A stretch of DNA of 64,000 nt, taken from assembly GCF_018350175.1 (NCBI RefSeq), contig NC_058368.1, positions 97,528,001 through 97,592,000 on the forward strand. Direction: 5' to 3'. Shown piece after piece: positions 36,672-49,104 of this stretch. Under the pieces are notes generated by a model that did no database searches, was not told the DNA's origin, and saw only the letters and a list, made by a program, of their open reading frames with translations. The position numbers and the translations under genes are program-made. The first letter of the stretch is position 1. Each line of letters opens with the position of its first letter. This stretch comes from Felis catus (lineage: Eukaryota).

Positions 36672-37753
36672 GTAAGAGATTGTAACTGAAATGTAAGTGT
36701 GTGTCTCTATAGCTCAGCTTTATTTCTTATTTGCTTTACGTTCTTATATCTCAAGATTGTTTTCAGAATTGTGCTTTTCAATATTTTTATTATAAAGATT
36801 TCCTTCTTAGAGCATTTTTAGTGTTCTAATTGTAAGGCCAAGGAAATTCTGGTGGCATTAAAAACATCCGTTCCTTCTGTATTTTTAATATTCTGATTTT
36901 TTTATTTTAAGACTTAAAGAGAAAAATGATTTGATAGTGAAATTAATTTTTCTCCGTATTATTCCTTATGTGTTAAGAAAGCTTGAGGCAAAGGAAAGAA
37001 CCATTATTTCTTGACCCTGCTCTTCTGTTAATCCTTATAGTGGCTCTCTTAGATAGATATTACCAGTGTTTCACGATAACGAGAAACTCAAAGACCTCTT
37101 TGAGTTGTACGATAGATAGTAAGTGGCAGCCTGTCCACATTTCCCCCAAAACCTTAAATAGGTAAGAAAATGTCTCCTCCTGCCTCCGTCTCCACACCCC
37201 CGTGTTTTACTTCCCTCACACTGCTGAGTTCTGAGGTAAATGTCTACTGAGGTTGCTGAGTTTTTCTATTTATTTGTGAGGCCTCACTTTGCACTAGAAA
37301 TTGGATTGTAAGAATATGGAGTCTCCAGCCCATCTGCCATAGAAATCCTTACATATATTTGTGTCTCTTCTGTAACTCATAGAACGGAGTAAAAGTGCTC
37401 CCGTTCAGAGCAGAAATAAGTTTTATTTGTGCTCGGGGAAATTCAGTGTATCCTGCTAATGGTATTTGCCATCTGTTAGGTTACAGAATGAGCAGATACA
37501 AAAGGTATTTCCCGTGTTCACACTTCATACAGTATTATTTGTAAATACATGTCAATCTAGAGCTAATCAGTTTTGTAAGTTAGTAGTTTTTAAAATTTTG
37601 TGTAAAATTTAATCATACATAAATATATTGGTTACTTGTATTTGAATTTTTTGTTAGAGCAAGGTTTGAATGTTATGTAACTATATGAAACAAGCTTACT
37701 TTTTATTCTGTTGTTAAATTTTTGTGTCACTCAAAGGTAATTTTTTTTTTCAG

Positions 37754-37806
37754 AAATATATGTTTGTGGGATACTCTTGTGGCACCTGCCAATAGTTTAG
37801 TCCATG
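37754..37806 (+). CDS. DMXL1: DMXL1 coding exon: NICLWDTLVAPANSLVH(A)
   Basis: T10-cAG acceptor, ATG|GTAAGT donor; 53 nt; contains the WD dipeptide. Confidence 0.93.
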
Positions 37807-38244
37807 GTAAGTTTTGAAAGCATTTTACAAATTTTGAAAGTCAAGAATTTGACTAAAATCAATAAACTAATTTTTTAATGAATTTGTCTTTAATGACACA
37901 AACTTATTAGCCTGTGAGGTTTATTTTGCCCATGATGGCGTAGAGTTTAAAAACAGAAAAATACAACATATATAATTAACTTTGCACTGTACTTCATGAA
38001 GGACAGTAGAACATACATAATATAAAAATCATATGTTTTTACTTTGAATCTGATAGCCACAGGTCATCTTTGTGAGCATCAGTTGTTGTACAGTATTATG
38101 CCCATTCTCTCCACTCCTATTCAGAATGGTACTCAGAGTCCTAACTAATGCAATAAGACAAAAGGAAATAAAAGGTGCACATTAGGAGGAGAAGAAATAA
38201 AACTGCCTTTATTCACAGAGGACATGATTGTTTAGAAAAAAAAA

Positions 38245-38459
38245 TTTTTTTAATTTTTTTTAAATGTTTGGGTTTTTTTTTTGAGAGAGAGACAGCGTGT
38301 GAGCGGGGGAGGGTCAGAGAGGGAAATACAGAACTTGAAGCAGGCTCTAGGCTCTGAGCTGTCAGCCCAGAGCCCAACATGGGGCTCAAACTCACAAACT
38401 GTGAGATCATGATCTGAGCTGAAGTTAGCCACTTAACCAACTAAACTACACAGGCACCC
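38245..38459 (-). mobile_element. Can-SINE
   Basis: SINE body on the minus strand inside L1. Confidence 0.9.
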
Positions 38460-38907
38460 TGATTATGTAGAAAATCTTGAAGACTATATACAAAAAAACA
38501 AAACAAAAATAAGGTAAAAACTTTTGAAACTAAAGTGTAAGTGTAGTAGAGTCACAGGATACCGGGTCAACATACTAAAGTCACTTGCTTTCATATATAC
38601 CAACAATGAACAATTGGCATTTGAAATTTTAAAAAATCACCATTTATAACAGCACCCAAAATAATGAAATACTGAGGCATAAATCTAAAAAAAATATGTA
38701 TAGCTTCTGTTGGGGAAAACTATAAAAAAGATAAATCAAAGATTTAAATAAATGGAGAAATAGCCCATATACACATATTGGAAGTCTCAATGAAAGTTGT
38801 TAAGATGCCACTGCCTCCTAACTTTATAGATTAAATACATTCCCAGTCGAAATCCCAGGAAACTATGTTGTACATACCACCGAACTGGTTCTAACAATTT
38901 CTGTAGA

Positions 38908-39172
38908 GGGGGTGCCTCAGTGGCTCAGTTGGCTAAGCATCTCACTTTGGCTCAGGTTATGATCTCACGGCTTGTGGCTTCAAGCCTCGTGTTGGGCTCT
39001 GTGCTGACAGCTCAGAGCCTGGAGTCTGCTTTGGATTCTGTCTCCCTTTCTCTCTGTCCCTCCCCCTCTCCCGCTTGGTGTATGTCTGTCTGTCTCTCTG
39101 TCTCTCTCTTTCTCTGTTCCTCTCTGTTTCTCACACACACAAAATAAACATTTAAAAATATAATAAAAATAA
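38908..39172 (+). mobile_element. Can-SINE
   Basis: ggggtgcctcagtggctcagt head, CT tract, A-tail; TSD aatttctgtagag / aatttctatagag. Confidence 0.92.
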
Positions 39173-39234
39173 AAATTTCTATAGAGAGGCAACAGACCTA
39201 AAATACTGGATACTGAAGAAAAACAAACTTTAAA

Positions 39235-39437
39235 ATTTTTTTTTTTGTTTATTCATTTTTGAGACAGAGAAACAGCATGAGTGGGGGAGGGGCAGAGAGA
39301 AAGGGAGAATCTGAAGCAGGCGCCAGGCTCTGAGCTGTCAGCACAGAGCCTGACGTGGGGCTCCAACCCACGAACCGTGAGATCATGACCTGAGCCGAAG
39401 CTGGATGCTTAACTGACTCAACCACCCAGGCTCCCCT
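39235..39437 (-). mobile_element. Can-SINE
   Basis: TSD tgaagaaaaacaaactt on both sides. Confidence 0.92.
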
Positions 39438-39892
39438 GAAGAAAAACAAACTTGAAGGACTCACACTATTACTGATTTCAAGACTTACTGTAAAACTACA
39501 GTAATAAACACATGTTATTGGCTTTAGAATAGAGATCATGGAACAGAATAGAGAGCCCATTTATCAACCCATACGTATTTAATAGACTGATCATTAATAA
39601 AAGTACAAAGGCACTTCATTGGAAGCATAGTGGTCAAAGTATACTGTAACAATTGGATGGCAATATGTAGAAAATGAACCTAGGTACATACCTCACCCCT
39701 TTCATAAAAATTGATTTAATGTGAATTATCTACATGTGAAATTCAAAACTATAAAATTTCTAGAAGGAAATAGAGAAGAAAATCTAGGTGACCTTGGGTT
39801 TAGTCTTGAGTTTTTAGATACAATACCTAAAGCATAATCCATGAAAGAAATGATATATTCAAGACTTTAAAAAATGACCATCTTCTCAGTAT

Positions 39893-40199
39893 ATTAATGG
39901 CAAGTAAGCGTATGAAAAGGTGGCTAACATGATCATAAGATACTACTCTATATACTAAAATGTCCAAAATTAATGATTCTGGAATACCAAGTATTGGTGA
40001 GAATATAAAGAACCTGGAACCCTCATGATTTGCTGAGTCTAAAATGATTAATGGCAAGTAAGCATATGAAATGTGGTTAGCATCATCATAAGATACTACT
40101 CTATATAGTAAAATGTCCAAAATTAATGATTTTGGGATACCAAGTATTGGTGAGAGTATAAAGAACCTGGAGCCCTCATGATTTGCTGAGTCTAAAATG
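39893..40199. repeat. Two-copy ~154-bp tandem duplication
   Basis: 39893-40046 and 40047-40199 both read attaatggcaagtaagc...gctgagtctaaaatg; about 11 differences by manual alignment. Confidence 0.95.
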
Positions 40200-41896
40200 A
40201 TACAGCTACTACGGAAAACTGACATTTTCTAATAGAGTTAAACACGGACCTAGCATGATCCAGCAGTATGTATTTTTACATATATGTCCAAGAGAAATGA
40301 AAGCACACATCCACAGAAGGACTTGTATAGCAATAATATACAATTATATTAATACATTAATGTAATAAAACTTAGCAGCTTTATTTATAACAGCCCCAAA
40401 CTAGAAACAACACAAACACATCCAATAGGAAAGTGGTCTATTTATGTAATAGAATACTATTAACCAATTAAAAAAAAAGCATAATCTGCTGATATATGTG
40501 ACAACATTCATTAATCTCTTAAACATTATGTTGAAGGAAAAGAAGCCAGTCACTAAAGAGTATGTACTGTAAAATTCCATTTATGTGAAGTTCAAGAACG
40601 GAGGCAAAACTAATTAGAATAGTGATTGCCTTTGTGGGAGAGGAGGGTTGACTGCAAAAAGGCATGAGGGAACTTTCTGGGATGATGAAAACATTCTGTG
40701 TCTTGACCTGCATGATGGTTACACAGATGTATCCATTAGTCAGACTTCATCACGAGTTAGAATTTCAGCATTTTATTCTGTGTAAGTTATATCTCTAAGT
40801 GCTGGTCACATTCAAAGAATCTTTCCCTGTAATTTTCTCTTTAGATTCTTAGAGTAACTAAATTTTATTGAGTACTTAGTATATGCCAGGAACTGTACAT
40901 GTTTTAAATATGTCAACTAATTTAATCCTCACAGAAACCTATTAGGTGGGCTGGGTTTTCTCCTTTTTTTTTTTTTTTTTTTTTTTTACAAATGATGAAA
41001 CTGAGACATAGGTTAAAAAAAAAATTACCTAAGGTATATATTGAAATCCATGCAAAAACCAAGATTTAAATCTTGACAGTCTAACTCCCAAATCTTCACT
41101 CTTCATCATTATGCCATATTGTCTTTGAGCTATTGACAGGCTTTTTTTTTTCTTTAAGATTTGTTAAGATCCACTTCTTTTTTAAGAAAAGAATACTCAT
41201 TGTATTTTTGTTAGTTCTCATACTGGTATGTCTTCAAGTTTCACCATTTTTGTTTTTGCATTGTTTAATCTGCTCTTAACCCCATGTAGTACATGTTTCA
41301 TTTGACTACTGTAGTCTTTAATCTCTGGTTTTTTTTTATTTGTATCTCTTTTTTAATGACTTGTTAATTTCTTTATCTACTAATTCCATCACCTGTGTAA
41401 TTTTGGGGTTAGTTTCATTGGATGGATTTTCTTCTCATTATGGGTTGTATTTTTCTCCTTTGTATGCCTCTTGGTTTTTTATCAGATGCCAGGCATTACA
41501 AATTTTACCTGCTTCTGAGGCAAAACCCTTCTGAGGACAAAACAGATTTTGTCCTTTGTGAATTAAGAGGTTTTCCACTATGGCTGGTGGAAACAGCAAC
41601 CCAGACCAGCTCGGGTTCCCCTTGCGCCTTGGCCAGAAAACCCTCCATAGGCAATAACAGGGGCAGTCGTATGGCTCACCCAGTTTGCTTCCCATCTCTT
41701 AGAGATCATTTTTCTTTGCCTGGTGTCCATTGTCTCCAACCATTATTTCCTGTATATCATTTAATTTTTTAAATGGTTTGAGGTAGGTGGGTGAATCTGG
41801 TGATCTATCATTCTACCTTGACCAGAAGTCAGAAGTCTCTTGCTTACACTGTTAAATGGGTTTTACTTCATGATTTACTTCAATTTTAATTTTCAG

Positions 41897-42114
41897 CTTT
41901 TACTTGCCATGATAGTGGAGCTACTGTTTTAGCATATGCTCCAAAACACCAGCTACTAATATCAGGTGGCAGAAAAGGCTTTACATGTGCATTTGACCTT
42001 CGGCAACGACAGCAGAGGCAGCTTTTCCAGAGCCATGATTCTCCTGTTAAAGCCATTGCCATTGATCCAACAGAAGAGTACTTTGTTACAGGATCTGCTG
42101 AAGGCAACATAAAG
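41897..42114 (+). CDS. DMXL1: DMXL1 coding exon (WD40): FTCHDSGATVLAYAPKHQLLISGGRKG...HDSPVKAIAIDPTEEYFVTGSAEGNIK
   Basis: ttttcAG acceptor, AAG|GTAAAT donor; 218 nt, phase 1 to 0; WD40 repeat motifs. Confidence 0.95.
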
Positions 42115-42848
42115 GTAAATATGGTAATGCCACAGTGTCTACAAAATGAAGAGAAATCTTCAGAATCCTTAAGTGTTTACACGTATTAATGATACCATTC
42201 TATTTAAATAGTAGAAATATTAACTCCTTTGTAGGCAGTATGTTTGTTGCTATTTAATAAATCTTTTAATGAATGAAATAATATTTAACTTGAAATTGTC
42301 TCTTTTTCAGTTTTCAAATAGGCTTAATTAATGTGCAAAAGCACTTGATTTTCCACAGATAAAACATATTTCAAACATTAGAATTAGTCTTGACTCCCAT
42401 TTTCAGAGTTACCAAATTCAATTTCAGATACTGTGAAATGCAGTAATATTTTCCTTTATCCTGAATACTGTCCATTTTTTCATTTATATAGTATTAGCAT
42501 CCAGCCACTCAGTGCCTGATTCAGAAGTTAGGGACATACCTAGATAAGCCCTGTGCTTCTCACACTCCACCATGTTTAAAAGTTAGAGGTTATTTAAAAT
42601 GTTAAGCAGCTTATTAAATGCATCCCATCCCAGAAGTACTATTGCTAGGTACCTGTATGCATTTTTACAGTACATACCTAACAGTTTTGTTGGAGAGTCC
42701 TCTGGCCACACTTGGAAAAATCTCTAGGGGTAAGTCAGTTTAGACTAGTCCCTAAGTTATTGTAATGGCCAGCAACCCACTGAAGGAGTCTACATTCGTA
42801 GAATCCATTAATTTAACCCCTAGTGAGACTACTAAGTAAGAATAAGTT

Positions 42849-43050
42849 TGGGGGTACCTGGGTGGCTCATTCAGCCAAGTGACCAACTTGAGCTCAGTCA
42901 CTTGGTGAGTTTGAGCCCCACTTCAGGCTCTGTGCTGAGAGGTCAGAGCCAGGAGCCTGCTTTGGGTTCTGTGTCTCCCTCTGTCTTTGCCCCTCCTGCA
43001 CTCATGCTGTTTCTCTCCCTCTTAAATTAAACATTAAAATAATAAGAAGG

Positions 43051-43136
<86 letters not shown>

Positions 43137-43160
43137 GAAAGAAAGAAAAGAGAAGAAAAG
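42849..43160 (+). mobile_element. Can-SINE whose tail has expanded into a (GAAA)n microsatellite
   Basis: SINE head; ~20 GAAA units at 43052-43135; aataagtt on both flanks. Confidence 0.92.
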
Positions 43161-43276
43161 AGAAGAAAGAAAAGAAATAATAAGTTGGGCTACTTTTATT
43201 TTACAACATGCATATTGTTATCATAATTGCCAGCCAGAAAAAAAATTAACTAGAATTGTGGAATTTTAAAAATGCT

Positions 43277-43488
43277 TTTTTTTTTTTTTTAATGTTTATT
43301 TATTTACTTTGAGAGAGAGAGTGCAAGCCGGGGAGGGGCAGAGAGAGAGGCAGACACAGAATCCAGAGCAGGCTCCAGGCTCCGAGCTATCAGCACAGAG
43401 CCCATTGTGGGTCTCAAAGTCAAGAACCACACGATCATGACCTGAGCCAAAGTTGGACACTTAACCGACTGAACCATACAGGAGCCCT
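43277..43488 (-). mobile_element. Can-SINE
   Basis: Poly-T and SINE body. Confidence 0.92.
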
Positions 43489-43716
43489 GAAAAGGCTTTT
43501 CCTAAAATCAAATATATACACTAACTTCCATACATAATTATTTTCCTTCAGTTTGAAGCTAGTTTCTTACTTGAACTGCCTTCATTTTAGAACAAGTTGT
43601 ATTAGGTTTTATATTAGTTCTTTATATTAGTTTGTGCTCTGATTTGGAGGTTTATTATTTAATCAAGTAAAAACAGATTTGAAAGTTTACTGCATAGTAT
43701 TCAGAAGTCACAACTT

Positions 43717-43922
43717 GGGGCGCCTGGGTGGCTCAGTCAGTTAAGTGTCTGACTCTCGATTTCAGCTCAAGTCATGATTTCACAGTTGTGAGATCGAGCC
43801 CCAAGTCAGGCTCTGCACTGAGCATGGAGCCTGCTTGGGATTCTCTCTCCCCCACTCTGTCTCTGCCCCTTCCCTGCTCACATGTGTGCTCTCTCCCTCA
43901 AAACAAATAAACATTTAAAAAA
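43717..43922 (+). mobile_element. Can-SINE
   Basis: ggggcgcctgggtggctcagtc head; tcacaactt flank repeat. Confidence 0.92.
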
Positions 43923-44347
43923 TACATGTTTAGGAATCACAACTTAACAATCAAGTCTAGAGTAATAGGTACTAATGAATTTCTTAGGAAAAAGTAAGTT
44001 TTCCAAAAAAAGGGATCTCAAAAAATCAGGACTATTTTGGTTTCCCTAAAGTTAAAATGGATGTCCTAAAAGCATTTAAGTCCGTCACATACTTGAACAT
44101 GCTTATAAATTACTTTGTAAGTAATTTACTTTAGGAATAGTTGCATTTATTGTGGTAGGGGCTAAAAAGAGAAAATCTTAGTAAATTAAGTTTGCTGAAG
44201 TTGTGATAATTTATCTTGCGGGTGGAACATAGTTTTTCGTTTTCTGAGGCCTTCTTTCCAGTGGGTCTAATCGCTTGCTAGGTATTATAAGGGGTTACCC
44301 CATTATAAACTACACAGCACAAGCTTTGCTGAGAGATAAGAAGTCTT

Positions 44348-44563
44348 TTTTTTTTTTTAATTTTTTTTTTGATGTTTTTATTTATTTTTGAGACAGCATG
44401 AGCAGGGGAGGTGCAGAGAGAGAGGGAGACACAGAATCTGAAGCAGGCTCCAGGCTCTGAGTTGTGGGCACAGAGCCTGACGCAGGGCTCGAAGTCATGA
44501 GCTGTGAGATCATGACCTGAGCTGAAGTCGGACGCCCAACTGACTGAGCCACCCAGGTGCCCC
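44348..44563 (-). mobile_element. Can-SINE
   Basis: 15-bp TSD gagataagaagtctt at 44333 and 44564. Confidence 0.94.
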
Positions 44564-44899
44564 GAGATAAGAAGTCTTAATTGTAGTCCCTACAATATTA
44601 CAAGTTTCTTTAGCTGTGTACACTTGACCTCCTAGTACCTAAGTTCTCATCTCCAATGCAAGGTTTAAATTACCTTTCTGTTTAATGAGTAGATTTTGAA
44701 GAATGTGATAATATCAAAGGGAATTGGGAAATTGCAACACAGTATCCAAAGGTTATGACCTTAGGCCTACACAGATTTTTTTTCCATATTTGTTTTAGAA
44801 ATTACTTCTTTGCACAAGAAAACCGGCTTAAAATTTTCATTTGGATTTTTAATGTAATTGTCAATGTCAATTTTTAATTTTGTTTCTCATATCTTTTAG

Positions 44900-45124
44900 A
44901 TTTGGAGTCTGTCTACCTTTACTCTTCTCCACACTTTTATCAATGAACATGCTCGGCAGTCCATTTTCCGGAACATTGGAACTGGAGTGATGCAGATTGA
45001 GACAGGGCCAGCAAACCACGTGTTCTCGTGTGGAGCCGATGGTACAATGAAGATGAGGATACTGCCGGATCAGTTTAGCCCACTAAATGAAGTGTTGAAA
45101 AATGATGTGAAATTTATGCTCTGA
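44900..45124 (+). CDS. DMXL1: DMXL1 terminal coding exon: IWSLSTFTLLHTFINEHARQSIFRNIGTGVMQIETG...NEVLKNDVKFML*
   Basis: tcttttAG acceptor; 75 codons ending in TGA at 45122-45124; C-terminus DVKFML recognised as DMXL1. Confidence 0.95.
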   Translation: MWSLSTFTLLHTFINEHARQSIFRNIGTGVMQIETGPANHVFSCGADGTMKMRILPDQFSPLNEVLKNDVKFML

Positions 45125-47015
45125 CAGTTTGACAATAGGATGTATAATTGATTACCTATTCCCTGGAAGTGGCCAACACATACAGTGTCCACTGATCACT
45201 CTGTCTCTGCCACAGATAAACTAATGCTTTCTTGGTTTCATACTTACTTTTTGGAGCTTTGCCCTGGATGCACTGATGCCTTAAAAACTAACAAGGTCAT
45301 TCAGAATTAGACTATATTACCTAAAGTAGAATGTATAAGTAATACTGTAATAGTACATATTTATAGTATGTTATGCTGAATACGTCGTAGTGTTAAAGGA
45401 CTTTCGTTTCCTTATTGTTGATAAACTCTTCTGCAGAAATCTCTGTATGAATTTATTTAACAGCAAAAATACCCTTTATGTAAAGGCAGTTGACATCAGT
45501 CATCACTTGACTCACCACTGTTACTTCCTTTTTCATACATAAACATCTCACACTCTTCTATTAATTAATGATAAATGATAATTGGGTAAGAATAAAAAAC
45601 ATAATGAACATATTCATTAAAAACTGTCATTAGGACTTCAGTCTTATTATATAAAGTTCTCCTCAGTGTCCTTACTGAAGCCCCAGTGTGTGTGTGTATA
45701 TATGTATCTTACACATCTTACTTGAACTTAGTTTGTGTATATATCAGAGAAAACTACAAGTCTTTTCATGTGTTTTTGTGCCATAACAATTACTGCCACT
45801 AGAATAGCAACTTTCTTTGCAACTGTTTTTTTTTTTTTCATGTTTTTTTGTTCTTAAGTTTTGAATTCCCATCCTGATTTTCAAATAATTTCAGGAAGAC
45901 ATCCAAGATTATTATTTTAAAGATTATCTTGAATCAGTTAAGTCTTAGCAGGCAATAACGATTCGGTGTTGGTATACAAGAGACACCTAAAAGTAAATTT
46001 ATAAATTTGTCAAAGGATTTTTGAGCACCAAACATTTTACTTATATTTCTTTTTCCTTTTTAGGTGCTTTTAGTCTCAAAGTTCTGAACACCTTATAGCA
46101 GTGTTTTTAGAAACAAATGTGAAGACAGTCAAATTAAATAGATAATATTTACAAATGTAAAATACCCGCCAGATCTACCACTAATAGAAAATAAATTAAA
46201 CCTTATATTTTATTATTTTTTGCCAAAATATATTATTTTACTATAAAATATGACCAAAATATTAAAAATGCACAATGCTTTTAACTTAAATGTGCTAAAC
46301 CTATTTCTGTCTGTTCTGTGCTATACCTTTTCTGGTTAAAAATTATAGAAAACTTGATAAATACTTGATTTTAGCCAAGGAGACTGGAAGCAGATGGGAC
46401 TAAGTGTTTAAGGGACAATTATATACTATTTAGCTTAAATATATTTTGTTAATAGGAACTATAAAAACATTTTTATGTAACAAAATATGGACAACTGTTA
46501 TCTGGGAAATTAAAGAGTCAAAGTGAAGAAATGAAGGGCTGGTAAAATGAATTTTGTAATATCCTCAGGATACTTTTATCTTAAAAGTATATTGTTAAAG
46601 ATTTTGTAAATTGTATTCATAATTTTAAATGTGTTAAGCTAGTTGCAGTGAAAACACTGTCATTAATTATGTAGAGAGTTCATGTGCACATAATAACCTG
46701 TATCTATAATTGTGCAATAACAATATGTGACTATTTTGCCATGGAGAAATCTGTGACAGCATTGCAAACAATGCCGTTGTTTGATACAGTTAAGCTTAAG
46801 TTATTTTTCAGTAATTTCACAAATCAAGATTCAAATGGCTTTAAACACTTTCAATGAGATAGAAGATTTATTATGCTTAATAGAAAAAAAAAGGCATTGT
46901 GGATGAACAATTAAGCATTTTCATTGAGGGTTTATATGAGTAATAAATTGTGTAAGCCCATATGTATTTACATCAGAGTCATAATATTTTAAATAAACAA
47001 TCATGCAGTGACTTT
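45125..47015 (+). other. DMXL1: DMXL1 3' UTR (AU-rich, no recognisable interspersed repeats)
   Basis: Follows the stop codon; AATAAA at 45591, 46942 and 46992, the last followed by a T-rich tract; the end position is inferred. Confidence 0.7.
46992..46997 (+). terminator. Likely major polyadenylation signal AATAAA of DMXL1
   Basis: AATAAA with upstream TGTA motifs and a downstream T-rich element (~47013-47022). Confidence 0.6.
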
Positions 47016-48481
47016 TTTTTTTAGCATGGTACTGTTTTAAGTAATATTTATGCAATTTTAGTTGACTTAAAGTATATGTGACATTTTAAAATAGAGAATT
47101 TCTGTATTTATATTTGGTAAAATATAGGAAGCATTGAGTAATTTTCCTAAATACCTTGCTCTTCCTTTTTTATAATCTTTTTAAATTAATAGATAAGCGT
47201 TATTCAAAAATGGGGAGAATAAAAAGTTGGAATGTATATCTAAATATAAAATGATGCACATATATGTAAAATTTCATCCACATTAATGGAATGGATACAT
47301 CAAAATACATTTTTTAAATTGTGTTTTTTCTGAGAATGTGGCTTTGTAATGATGGAAAAATTCACAACATTGCAAGTCTCATTTTCTGAAATGTAGAATT
47401 TTTCTTCTGTAGAATTATAGACGGTCAGTTCCTTCCTCCTTTCTTGCTCTCTTTATTTTGCCCAAATTCATTTCTCCTTTTTTTTTTTTTAATTACTTAA
47501 AAAAAATTGCAAGATTTTCTCATACTGGTCTCAACAGTGAAAACACATACAAACATACCCACTTTAAGAAATACCTTATATGACCTGAAAGTGGTGATGA
47601 CCGCTTTTTTTTTTTTAACAGGGCTGGGAACCCAGACAGACATATTTTACTAAACCAAAAAATTTAATATCATGACAGGAGACTACAGGTAGGCTAAAAG
47701 AAATATTTGTATAGTAATAGGGAAATTATTAATGTCCATATATACAAAGAGAACTTTAATGAATTAGGGCAAAGAGAACTTTAAGATGATAAATTATTAG
47801 AGAAATCAACTCACAGAACAGGACACTGAAAAAACCAGCAAGTATAAAATATGTTCATCCTCAGTAATGGTTAAAGGAATGTTGGGGGGAAAAAAAAAGC
47901 AACAGTATGATACCGCTTTTCATCAATCAGATTCATATAAAGTCAAGTGGCAACATCAGTGTTGGTGGAGATGCAAGGAAACGGGTGCACTGAAACACGG
48001 CTGCTAGAAGTACGTTCCAAAAACGTTACCTAGATTGGTGTTAACATTGAATACACATAGTTGGACTAAGCAGTCTTTTGAGAAATTATCCTATCAGGAT
48101 AAAAGCAACCTTGCACATAAGTGTAAGTACAAAGATGTTTAGTGAACTACCTGGAGGGAAAAAAAAACCCACCCTGGAAATCTAAATGGTAATTAGGTAG
48201 ATAGTTGGATAAATTTAGTACATCCTTGCAGTGCAATATTTTCTTAACACTAAAAGCATCTCAGATTTGTATCTGTTGATCTAAAAAGAGGTTAGAAAAT
48301 TTTCTAAGTAAAATGTATAATAGCCCATATTATTTCAGGGTTTTTTTTAGTCCTATAGGTATGTAGAGACAAATATGTATGGAAGAATACACAAAAGTTT
48401 AACACGGGAGAAGGGAAGAAGGAGGTAATATTTTCCTAAAAACCCTTTGAACCCCACTGGGCAACAGATTACCTAAGAGAG

Positions 48482-48483
<2 letters not shown>

Positions 48484-48532
<49 letters not shown>
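48484..48532. repeat. (GT)n microsatellite
   Basis: Read directly from the sequence. Confidence 0.97.
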
Positions 48533-48533
<1 letters not shown>

Positions 48534-48892
48534 ACGCACGCTCACACTGGACAGAAAAGCTCAGTCTTTAAACCATATAGTATTTAATGACTTTGAGAGC
48601 TGCTCTGTTGAGTGAAGTTCTTGTCAGGAATACGCTCTTGAGTTGTTGAGATATTTTGATGCTTGATTTACTAAAGTAGAAAGGGTAAAATGTTAACCTT
48701 TGGAGTACTTAGAAAAAGTGGAACATACATTATTTAAATTTAACATACATTAAATTTAAGATAATGCAGAAACATACATTATTTAAATGTTCCTATCAGT
48801 CTTTTAGAAATGTGTATAGCTTTTGCTATAGTTAATTACAAGGCTAAACAGTTTTTCATGACTTTTTTTCCCTTTCTGCTTGCTTCATTGTC

Positions 48893-49104
48893 TTTTTTTT
48901 TTTCTCTTTAATGTTTATTTTTTTAAGAATGGGAAAGAGTGTGAGTGGGGGAGAGGCAGAGAGAAGAGGGAGACACAGAATCCAAAGTAGCCTCCAGGCT
49001 CTGAGCTGTCAGCACAGAGCCAGATGCAGGGCTCTAATTCACAAACTACGAGATCATGACCTGAGCTGAAGTCAGACCCTCAACCGCTGCCACCCAGGCA
49101 CCCC
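48893..49104 (-). mobile_element. Can-SINE
   Basis: TSD ttgcttcattgtct. Confidence 0.92.

Larger units (their letters stand above)
38100..40800 (+). mobile_element. Old L1M ORF2/3' fragment carrying three nested SINEs and an internal tandem duplication
   Basis: L1 motifs: ctctccactcctattcag, aatgcaataagacaaaaggaaataaaagg, ggaacagaatagagagccca, aattccatttatgtgaagttcaagaa. Confidence 0.85.

Noticed and set aside
45122..45151. Stop-codon readthrough (TGA-C context)
   Set aside because: The context is TGA CAG, not the TGA CTAG motif, and the extension would be only 8 codons before another TGA
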